From Elusimicrobia bacterium RIFOXYA2_FULL_50_26 (GTDB lineage: Bacteria > Elusimicrobiota > Endomicrobiia > Endomicrobiales > XYA2-FULL-47-53): a stretch of DNA of 32,000 nucleotides. Below are positions 1-6,851 of this stretch, in pieces. Location: the NCBI GenBank assembly GCA_001800355.1, contig MGVF01000115.1:1-32000 (forward strand), read 5' to 3'. The position numbers and the translations under genes are program-made. Position 1 is the stretch's first letter; each line of letters begins with the position of its first letter. The notes under the pieces are model-generated. The model worked only from the letters and a program-made list of their open reading frames with translations. It was not told the origin of the DNA and did no database searches.

Positions 1-4
1 AGAA

Positions 5-433
5 ATGAATAAAAATACAGTGCATTTTGTTGTTTGCTTATTCAGTATAATCGCCTCATCGTATTCCTTTGCTGAAGTGGCCGGTGCGCTTCCTAAATCT
101 CCTGAAACTCTCAGCAGGTACTCTTTTTATAAGGCTGCGGAAAGATTTTCACTTACGTCAGTCAGACCCAAAATTTTTTGCCCTGATGAGGCGGACGAAT
201 CGGTGGCAAAGGTATGTTTTACCATTGATAATCCGAACTTTTCAGAAGTAAGTTCAACAATATATGATATTAACGGCAACGTCGTCAAAGTAAGTTTAAC
301 GGAAGAAGGCACTGAATTATTTTCCTGGGACGGGCGTGACTCCGATAATAACGTCGTTTCCTCTGGCGTATACATATATCAATTGGAAGCTGACGGCAAA
401 GTTGTAAACGGAACAGTTGTAGTTGCTCGCTAA
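5..433 (+). CDS. small secreted protein with C-terminal FlgD-Ig-like / T9SS-CTD-like beta-sandwich
   Basis: ATG at 5. Hydrophobic N-terminal signal (VHFVVCLFSIIASSYSFA). The C-terminus FSWDGRDSDNNVVSSGVYIYQLEADGKVVNGTVVVAR fits the WDGrd..G..v.sGvY.y.l pattern of FlgD Ig-like domains. The stop lies 10 nt before the next start. Confidence 0.6.
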   Translation: MNKNTVHFVVCLFSIIASSYSFAEVAGALPKSPETLSRYSFYKAAERFSLTSVRPKIFCPDEADESVAKVCFTIDNPNFSEVSSTIYDINGNVVKVSLTEEGTELFSWDGRDSDNNVVSSGVYIYQLEADGKVVNGTVVVAR

Positions 434-443
434 AGAGGTAGTC

Positions 444-2015
444 ATGGGCAAATGCAAAAACGCTCTAATAATTGCTGCCTGCGGTATCGTCATTGCAATG
501 AACGCGTATGCCGCTTTTGACCGCCAGCCAGGCGGTGCCAGGCCGCAGAGCCTCGGCGGAGCGTTCGCAGGGCTTGCCGACGGCCCCGATGCCATGTATT
601 TCAACCCCGCCGGCCTCGGACAGTTGAGGCGAATGGAGGTCCAGGGCGGCTACTCGCGTTTATATACAGGCCTCGACGACAACAGCGACCTGGCCGATAG
701 TAATGTATTGTTTGTACTGCCGATTTCCGTCATAAAGAAGGGAAATGACGACACTGGCGGCAATGATGGTGTCATAGGTTTTGGACTGGATGTTTTTGGA
801 TTAGCCAATTATTATACTGAAAGCAGCGCCGGCATTTATTACAGCAAAAACCTTAACCCCAAAACGCTTGTCGGGGCGGGCATAAAATATCTTACCGTGA
901 GTTATGGCACTGATGAGTACACAGCCGTAAACCCGGTGTTCGCGCTTGGTACTTCTAAAAGCGAAATAAGTTTTGATGCCGGTGTTATGATAAAACCAGC
1001 CGAGAGCCTCTCCATGGGGCTTTCAATCCGCGACATTGCAAGCCCGAGCCTGGGCATTAAATACGAAGACAGGATACCGCGTAATATCATACTTGGCGCA
1101 GCATATCACAAGCCCGGGTGGAATATAGCAGGCGACCTTGCTATGGATAGCAATAGTAATATAAAATTCGTCACCGGCGCTGAAAAATGGTTCATGTCGG
1201 ACATGCTCGCTGTGCGCCTTGGGCTTGGCATCGGCAGCAGGAAATACTCCAGGCTTACTACCGGTCTTGGATACGAGGGCGAGAATGCCGTGCTTTCATA
1301 TGCTTTTTACTATCCATTGTCCGGTTTAAACGAAATGTACGGCTCTCACGAGCTTACGGTGGGTTACCGCTTCGGTTCTTCGCAATTTACGAACAAAAAG
1401 ATTGCCGCCCGGCTTTACGGTTCCGTTGTCTCGGATATTGAACGCGGGCTGTATGCCCGTGCATTGTCCGGGTTGGAAAAGGTAAGGCAGCTGTCGCCGG
1501 ATGACTCAGTTTATGAGGCTGTACAGGTAAAATTGTCTCTCGTGGCTGTATATGTTTCTGATTCATCCGGCGAAGAAAAGGATGCGACGGCAATCAGGAA
1601 CGGTGTTAGTAAATATATTATTGAAGATGATGCAAAGGAATGTGTAAAATTGTTGAGGTACGCATATAGTTTGAAGGCTGACAATGAAAAATTAAACCAG
1701 ATGGTTAAGGCCATAGCAAAAGAAAATAACGTAGTTATTGAGGACGCGGCTACAAACTGGAATATGGCAGAGCAAAAGGTGTACCAGGCGCTGGAAAGAA
1801 TCAAGGAAAAGAAATACTATGAGGCTGTCCGCCTGTGCGAGGAAGCGTTATCCCTTGAACCTGATAATGTAACCGCGTATAAACGCCTGGGTTCTGTTTT
1901 CTATTTACTGAAGGATATGGAAAAAGCAAGGAAAAACTGGCTAAAAGCCATTGAACTTGCTCCGGAAGATTCGGATATTCCTCAGATAAGGGAAATCCTG
2001 CAAAAAATACCATAA
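444..2015 (+). CDS. outer-membrane beta-barrel (FadL/TodX/PorV-like N-terminal motif) with C-terminal TPR domain
   Basis: The ATG at 444 is preferred over the TTG at 423: AAAGAGG lies 5 nt upstream. Signal peptide ...AMNAYA|AF. The motif GARPQSLGGAFAGLADGPDAMYFNPAGL is typical of FadL/OMPP1-type barrels. Alternating beta-strand-like sequence runs to about aa 315. The C-terminal part has TPR-like repeats (YYEAVRLCEEALSLEPDNVTAYKRLGSVFYLLKDMEKARKNWLKAIELAP). Confidence 0.6.
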   Translation: MGKCKNALIIAACGIVIAMNAYAAFDRQPGGARPQSLGGAFAGLADGPDAMYFNPAGLGQLRRMEVQGGYSRLYTGLDDNSDLADSNVLFVLPISVIKKGNDDTGGNDGVIGFGLDVFGLANYYTESSAGIYYSKNLNPKTLVGAGIKYLTVSYGTDEYTAVNPVFALGTSKSEISFDAGVMIKPAESLSMGLSIRDIASPSLGIKYEDRIPRNIILGAAYHKPGWNIAGDLAMDSNSNIKFVTGAEKWFMSDMLAVRLGLGIGSRKYSRLTTGLGYEGENAVLSYAFYYPLSGLNEMYGSHELTVGYRFGSSQFTNKKIAARLYGSVVSDIERGLYARALSGLEKVRQLSPDDSVYEAVQVKLSLVAVYVSDSSGEEKDATAIRNGVSKYIIEDDAKECVKLLRYAYSLKADNEKLNQMVKAIAKENNVVIEDAATNWNMAEQKVYQALERIKEKKYYEAVRLCEEALSLEPDNVTAYKRLGSVFYLLKDMEKARKNWLKAIELAPEDSDIPQIREILQKIP

Positions 2016-2036
2016 AAGCCATACCGGAGGTTGTTT

Positions 2037-3101
2037 GTGAAGATACTAATCGTTGAGGACGATCCGGAACTGAGGTTGTATGTAGGCCAGATATTGCGGA
2101 ATGCCGGTTATGATCATGAGTGCGCGGCAACAATCGAAGAATACAGGGCCAGGATCATTAATGGTTGCGATATGGCTCTGCTGGACATTGTGCTTGGCGA
2201 TAATGACGAAGATGGGGTTGAGATTTGCGGCGATATAAAAACAAATTATCCTTCAACAGCAATAATTATAGTTTCGGGGAAGAAGGAAAGCGATTTGAAG
2301 GTAAGGGCGTTGAACGTGGGCGCCGATGATTATATTTCCAAGCCATTCTACGACGATGAATTGTTAAGCAGGATAAGGCGAGTGGCCTTGCGGCGCAATA
2401 TCGTCCTCCCTGATGCGTCTGAACGCATTCGTTTTGACGACAAATCGTCCGTTATCTATATTGATGGCAATAAGATTTCCCTGGATAAAGATGAGTACCT
2501 CATTCTTAAAGTCCTCAATTCCAGAGGCGAGAACGGGGTAAAGTGGGAGCAGCTTCGCGACATAGCCTATGACGGCAGCAACATCGGCAGGGATGAGATT
2601 GTTAAAAAAGTTGATTATTTAAAGGGCAGGCTCGGCAATCTGGCGCAATTGAAAGATAATAACGGTTATTTCAGCATGGTCATAGGCGACAGTAACTGTG
2701 TGCCGGTGAAAAAAAAGAAGCGCGTTCTTGTTATTGACGATGACATGAATGCTCAGGAATTGCTAAGCGGTATTTTTGAAGAGGAATACGAGTGTTTCTC
2801 GGCTTATGACGGCAACGACGGTTTAAGAAGGATTTACGAGGTAAAGCCGGACATGGTTATACTGGACATTAGAATACCAGGTATAAACGGTTATAAACTA
2901 TGCGAGTTGATAAAAAAAATAAATGGCAGCCTGCCGGTTGTTTTCCTTACCGGAAGGTTCGTGGATGCCGGCGATAAATCACTGGGCCTGGATCTGGGCG
3001 CAGATGATTACATAACCAAGGACGTTGATCCAGACGAATTGCTGGCGCGCATCAAAACGATTGTTGCCGCATATGATAACGTAAAAAATACCAGCCGGTA
3101 A
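2037..3101 (+). CDS. response regulator, REC - OmpR/PhoB-type winged helix - REC
   Basis: GTG at 2037, 7 nt after GGAGG. REC1 has EDD...LLDIVLG...IIVSGK...ISKPF. The central IRFDD..VIYIDGNKISLDKDEYLILKVL...VKKVDYLKGRLG matches the Trans_reg_C pattern. REC2 has IDDD...ILDIRIPGINGY...FLTGR...ITKD. Acceptor Asp, Thr/Ser and Lys are present in both receivers. Confidence 0.8.
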   Translation: MKILIVEDDPELRLYVGQILRNAGYDHECAATIEEYRARIINGCDMALLDIVLGDNDEDGVEICGDIKTNYPSTAIIIVSGKKESDLKVRALNVGADDYISKPFYDDELLSRIRRVALRRNIVLPDASERIRFDDKSSVIYIDGNKISLDKDEYLILKVLNSRGENGVKWEQLRDIAYDGSNIGRDEIVKKVDYLKGRLGNLAQLKDNNGYFSMVIGDSNCVPVKKKKRVLVIDDDMNAQELLSGIFEEEYECFSAYDGNDGLRRIYEVKPDMVILDIRIPGINGYKLCELIKKINGSLPVVFLTGRFVDAGDKSLGLDLGADDYITKDVDPDELLARIKTIVAAYDNVKNTSR

Positions 3102-3115
3102 TGGAGTAGAGGCCA

Positions 3116-4846
3116 ATGCTTAACGCCATATATTCATACATGGAAAAGATCAGTATTCGCGCCAAGCTGTTTATAGTGCTGGGGAGCGTGTGTTCCGTTA
3201 CGGTGCTTCTTGGCTCAGTGAGCATAATAAATGTAAGCATCAAGCAATTCAATGAGAATTTTGAGCGGGAGCAGATGCTTGCCTGCGAATACATGGCTAT
3301 GGAAACTGAACATTACATGGCTCTGTTGAACAAAAAAATAGGATTTGTAACGGATATAGGCAGAGTTGGCATAGGTGACAGGCAATCCGTTCAGGCTATA
3401 TTAAACAGGGTTATAACCGGGAATCCGGAGATGCTTGGCGTCTACACGGTTGACGGCGGCGGCAGAATAATAAATAAAGCATACGTTGATAAATCTATTG
3501 CGCCGGACGCGCTGCAAAGCGATGGAACCTACAGAAAGGCGCTAGTTTCAGGACGTGCTGAACTCGGCGCTATTTCAAGGATGGGGAATAAGCCGGTTAT
3601 TGCGATAGCCTGTCCTTTGCCGGGGCGCAAGGGGCTTGTGTACATGTTATTCGGCTTGGACATCCTTGAGGATGTTGTGGGTCGGATTGCAAAAGCCGGC
3701 GGCATGCAGGTTTATGTTATAAATAAGAATGGTGAGGTTTTATTTTCCAGTTCACCTCTAAGCGCGGGCAAGGTTTTCAGGAAATTTGATCTGGCTTTGC
3801 ATAATAAGCAAAGCATGGTTACGGATCCAAACGGCGGCGTGTTGAGGGCTTCTATTAACAAGGGTAAAATAGAAGATTCTTTTGTTGTCATAGGAAGGGA
3901 CGCGGCGGCTGTTTCAATGCCGGTTCGCTTGATGAAGCTGATGACTGTGTTCTGGTTGTTGGTAACTTTTGGGATACTGTACTTGTTATCAATAATATTT
4001 TCAGGCTACCTGCTTACGCCTATTCTTAATCTGGTAAACGGTATGAAAATGGTGGGCGCCGGCAATTTAAATTACAAGGCCAAGGTAAATTCCGGGGATG
4101 AGATCGGGTTCCTCGCTCAAACATTTAATGCCATGGTGGAAGAGCTAAGACATGTGCGTCATGATAACCTGCGTCATAAATGCCTGGCTGCCATAAGGAA
4201 AATGTCGGAAAAAATCGGGTTGCAGGTGCGGAATCCGATGATGACCATCAACATGGCCGCTGCGATGCTGCTGCGTTACAAAGGCAGGGAGCTGAATATA
4301 GATGATCTTAAAAAGTTTACGGCCATAATCAGGAAGGAAGCATCTGTTATAAGCAAGGTGTCGGATAACCTGCTTATTTATTCGAATGAGCGCCCGCCCG
4401 TAAATAACGATATTAGCGTCAGAAATCTTTTTGACGAAATCTCGGCGCTCGCTCAAATGAAATATAACACTGCTATAAAACAGGATTTAAAGGGGGATGT
4501 CCATTTAAAGGGGGATGCATTTGAATTGCGTTGCGCGATGGTAAATATGGTTGACAACGCTATTGATGCGCTTCAGGAAACGGGAGGGGAAGTAATACTC
4601 GGTGCGGAAGAAATTGATGGGAAAGTAAGAATGTGGGTGCTGGACAACGGGCCGGGCATAGGTGAGGCGTTATTGTCACAGATTTTTGAGCCTTTGTTTA
4701 CTACGAAACCGCAAAACATCGGGTTGGGGCTGACCGTTGCAAAAAAAGTGGCCGAGCGCCACCATGGAAAGGTTGAGGTTGAGTCCAAGGTAATGGGCGG
4801 TACGCGATTTGTCATGCAATTTGATAAACCGGGGAGCGCGTCATGA
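3116..4846 (+). CDS. sensor histidine-kinase-like protein (periplasmic Cache-like, TM, HAMP, DHp, HATPase_c) with non-canonical H-box
   Basis: N-terminal TM, a ~250-aa extracytoplasmic region, then a second TM. HAMP is LTPILNLVNGMKMVGAGNLNYKAKVNSGDEIGFLAQTFNAMVEEL. N box VDNAIDAL, G1 DNGPGI, F FEPLFTTK and G2 GLGLTVAKKV are all present. The H-box position reads GLQVRNPM rather than xHExRNPL. Confidence 0.8.
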   Translation: MLNAIYSYMEKISIRAKLFIVLGSVCSVTVLLGSVSIINVSIKQFNENFEREQMLACEYMAMETEHYMALLNKKIGFVTDIGRVGIGDRQSVQAILNRVITGNPEMLGVYTVDGGGRIINKAYVDKSIAPDALQSDGTYRKALVSGRAELGAISRMGNKPVIAIACPLPGRKGLVYMLFGLDILEDVVGRIAKAGGMQVYVINKNGEVLFSSSPLSAGKVFRKFDLALHNKQSMVTDPNGGVLRASINKGKIEDSFVVIGRDAAAVSMPVRLMKLMTVFWLLVTFGILYLLSIIFSGYLLTPILNLVNGMKMVGAGNLNYKAKVNSGDEIGFLAQTFNAMVEELRHVRHDNLRHKCLAAIRKMSEKIGLQVRNPMMTINMAAAMLLRYKGRELNIDDLKKFTAIIRKEASVISKVSDNLLIYSNERPPVNNDISVRNLFDEISALAQMKYNTAIKQDLKGDVHLKGDAFELRCAMVNMVDNAIDALQETGGEVILGAEEIDGKVRMWVLDNGPGIGEALLSQIFEPLFTTKPQNIGLGLTVAKKVAERHHGKVEVESKVMGGTRFVMQFDKPGSAS

Positions 4847-6366
4847 GAACTATTGCTGCGGGCGTTGGGATTTTTTTCACTCTTGCAAGTTCTCTGGCAT
4901 ATAGCGTAGCCGGCACATTTGGAATTGACGAAAAAATTGCCCTGGAGAATTCGATAGCCAAAAGAATTGAAGATGTTACGGTAAGGATGACGGGCGACAG
5001 CAACATCATAGTGTTGGTCAATATAGAACATAATCCCACGATCGAACAGGAAGTAAAAAAAGCCGAGACTCCCGCTGCCGGCCCAGCGGCCGGTGTAAAC
5101 ACAAATAATTACCTGCCGGGTATACCGATGGATGCTTTAGAGACGGAAGTTGTCGGAAATAGCGATGGTTCTTTTACCCAGACGATAAGGTTGCCGGAGT
5201 TCATAAAAACATTGTCGGTTACCATGATATTGAGCGATGAGGTAAGCGATGCGACGTTAAACAGCGTAAGAGAATATATCTCCGGGTTGGTAAAGATTAG
5301 CGAGGTGCGCGGTGACCGCCTGGAAGTCAGGAAAATGACGTTTGTGGAAAACAAACAGGAAAAGATTAACCTTATACGCGATGTCGCCATTACGCAAATG
5401 CCGTGGTTTATTGGTTTGTTCCTGCTGGCGTTTTTCATATTCGGCCCGTTACGCAATTTTATGAAGAACATGATCTCGGCAATAGAGGTTTTCCGTATAC
5501 AGGCGGATACAAGAATAATAAGCCGTTCGGAGATCGGGGTAAAATCCGGCGGCAGGCCGGAAGGCCTCCGTGGCGGGGTCATGGGCGAGATCGGGACAAC
5601 GCAGAATGCCGGCCTTACAGGTGGCGAGGGAATCAGGAGCCTGCCGGAAGGCGGTATGCGGCACTTTGGTTTCATCAATGAAAGCAATATAGGCAGCCTG
5701 CTTTACCTGTTAAAGAATGAGACTCCGGACATGGTTGCCATAGTTTTGACGTATTTGCCCAAGGAATATTCCGGCACAATAATCAATGCGCTTCCGGAAG
5801 CGCTTCGCAAGGATACTCTTAAACAGATGGCTGTTGTAAAGCAATACCATGGCGAGGATATAAGGGTTATCGAGGACCGGCTTAAAGAACGCGTGGATTA
5901 TCTGCTTGGCGGCCCCCAGAATATAGCCGATTTAATCAATGCCTACGAGAAAGATGAACGCGAAAAAGTGCTTAAGGATATAGGCAGGGAGGACCCTGCT
6001 ACCGAGGCCGCAATAAGAAATATGCTTGTTACGGCCGACGACCTGGCAAAACTATCCAAGGAACATCTCTACGAAATTTATAAAGCCGTAGGCACCCGCA
6101 TTTTCGCTGCGGCATTGAGGGGAACTGGTGCGCAGGTGCGCGATTACGTTATGAAAAACCTCACCGAAGGCGCGCGCGATATGTTGCGCCAGGAAATGGA
6201 ATTAATTCCCAGGGATATCTCAGCCGCGCGTATTAACCAGGTGAAAAAAGACCTGATAACCGCGATGAAACGCCTGGAAGAGCAGGGTACCATTAAAATT
6301 CCGCGCGATAGTATAACAGTGGCGTCTGCCACCCCGCCCAATACCGTTCGCAAAAACCCATCCTGA
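4843..6366 (+). CDS. membrane protein: FliF/YscJ-like periplasmic ring motif + TM + Gly-rich linker + FliG middle/C-terminal-like domains
   Basis: The ATG overlaps the kinase stop (ATGA at 4843-4846). N-terminal TM/signal. IKTLSVTMILSDE...ISEVRGDRLEVRKMTF followed by the TM MPWFIGLFLLAFFIFGPL mirrors the end of the FliF periplasmic domain (IKRLSVAVVV...RGDxLxVxxxxF, then TM2). From aa 275 the sequence aligns colinearly with FliG_M and FliG_C (see findings). Confidence 0.6.
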   Translation: MRTIAAGVGIFFTLASSLAYSVAGTFGIDEKIALENSIAKRIEDVTVRMTGDSNIIVLVNIEHNPTIEQEVKKAETPAAGPAAGVNTNNYLPGIPMDALETEVVGNSDGSFTQTIRLPEFIKTLSVTMILSDEVSDATLNSVREYISGLVKISEVRGDRLEVRKMTFVENKQEKINLIRDVAITQMPWFIGLFLLAFFIFGPLRNFMKNMISAIEVFRIQADTRIISRSEIGVKSGGRPEGLRGGVMGEIGTTQNAGLTGGEGIRSLPEGGMRHFGFINESNIGSLLYLLKNETPDMVAIVLTYLPKEYSGTIINALPEALRKDTLKQMAVVKQYHGEDIRVIEDRLKERVDYLLGGPQNIADLINAYEKDEREKVLKDIGREDPATEAAIRNMLVTADDLAKLSKEHLYEIYKAVGTRIFAAALRGTGAQVRDYVMKNLTEGARDMLRQEMELIPRDISAARINQVKKDLITAMKRLEEQGTIKIPRDSITVASATPPNTVRKNPS

Positions 6367-6417
6367 TCCCCCCCAATAAGCTACTTATGGGCAAAAAAGC
6401 TGCAGCTAAAGCTTTTC

Positions 6418-6446
6418 TTGACATATTCCCGAAAGTATGTTAAAAT
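6418..6446 (+). promoter_or_regulatory. sigma70-type promoter, TTGACA-17 nt-TAAAAT
   Basis: TTGACA at 6418-6423, an exactly 17-nt spacer, and TAAAAT at 6441-6446. It lies upstream of the hairpin/tRNA/tig block. Confidence 0.5.
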
Positions 6447-6473
6447 TTTCTATCTTTTCAATGAACCGCAAAC

Positions 6474-6614
6474 TTTCATTAGGCGCGTAGGACAAGGCGA
6501 ACGAGGCCGAGGCTTTTTCGACTAAAAAAGTGAGAGCGTAGCGTTGCCTGCGGTCGAACTTTTTTAGGAAGAAAAAGTCCGGCACCGTTCGACGACTCCA
6601 GCGTCCTTATGAAA
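6474..6614 (+). ncRNA. long imperfect hairpin (~141 nt), candidate structured leader/sRNA or MITE-like palindrome
   Basis: Hand-folded helices: 6474-6481/6607-6614, 6482-6487/6602-6606, 6498-6503/6586-6591, 6506-6519/6571-6583, and 6522-6531/6558-6567 (a 10-bp perfect helix). The apex is 6532-6557. It sits between the promoter and tRNA-Lys. Confidence 0.35.
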
Positions 6615-6631
6615 ATTTACGGATGAATATT

Positions 6632-6704
6632 GCGCCGCTAGCTCAATTGGTAGAGCAGACGACTCTTAATCGTCAGGTTAGAGGTTCGATTCCTCTGCGG
6701 CGCA
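6632..6704 (+). tRNA. tRNA-Lys (anticodon CTT)
   Basis: 73-nt cloverleaf drawn by hand. Acceptor GCGCCGC/GCGGCGC, D arm GCTC-AATTGGTA-GAGC, anticodon arm GACGA-CTCTTAA-TCGTC, T arm AGAGG-TTCGATT-CCTCT, discriminator A. No encoded CCA. Confidence 0.9.
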
Positions 6705-6727
6705 GGCTTTTTACTGTTAACTGTATC

Positions 6728-6809
6728 GCCGGGATGGCGGAACTGGCAGACGCGCCAGACTTAGGATCTGGTGGGGAAACCCTTCGGAGTTCAAATCTCC
6801 GTCCCGGCA
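6728..6809 (+). tRNA. tRNA-Leu (anticodon TAG), class II with long variable arm
   Basis: Acceptor GCCGGGA/TCCCGGC, D arm GCG-GAACTGGCAGA-CGC, anticodon arm CCAGA-CTTAGGA-TCTGG, 13-nt variable arm, T arm CGGAG-TTCAAAT-CTCCG, discriminator A. Confidence 0.85.
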
Positions 6810-6851
6810 TAATCCATAATCTAATCACAATGCGGGCGAAAGGAATAGACT

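Noticed and set aside
4573-5687. Long antisense or alternative-frame ORFs (4573-5031, 4812-5102, 5109-5687, 5403-5681, 5449-5664)
   Set aside because: They are shadow ORFs opposite or overlapping genes with clear domain signatures (kinase HATPase boxes, FliF/FliG-like segments). They have low-complexity Pro/Arg/Ser-rich translations and no ribosome-binding sites. The same reasoning applies to 8182-8673, 8967-9413, 19935-20435, 20682-21128 and similar entries.
5-6366. Reading the first operon as a flagellar locus (FlgD-like plus FliF/FliG-like)
   Set aside because: The 142-aa protein has only the Ig-like fold shared with many secreted proteins, not the FlgD N-terminal domain. No rod, hook, export-apparatus, FliM/N or Mot genes are adjacent, and the neighbours are an OM barrel and a two-component pair.
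6395-6416. Hairpin AAAAGCT...AGCTTTT after the FliF-FliG-like gene as a terminator
   Set aside because: The stem is only 6-7 mostly A-T pairs, and the T-run is part of the stem. This is too weak to call, although some termination before the tRNA promoter is plausible.
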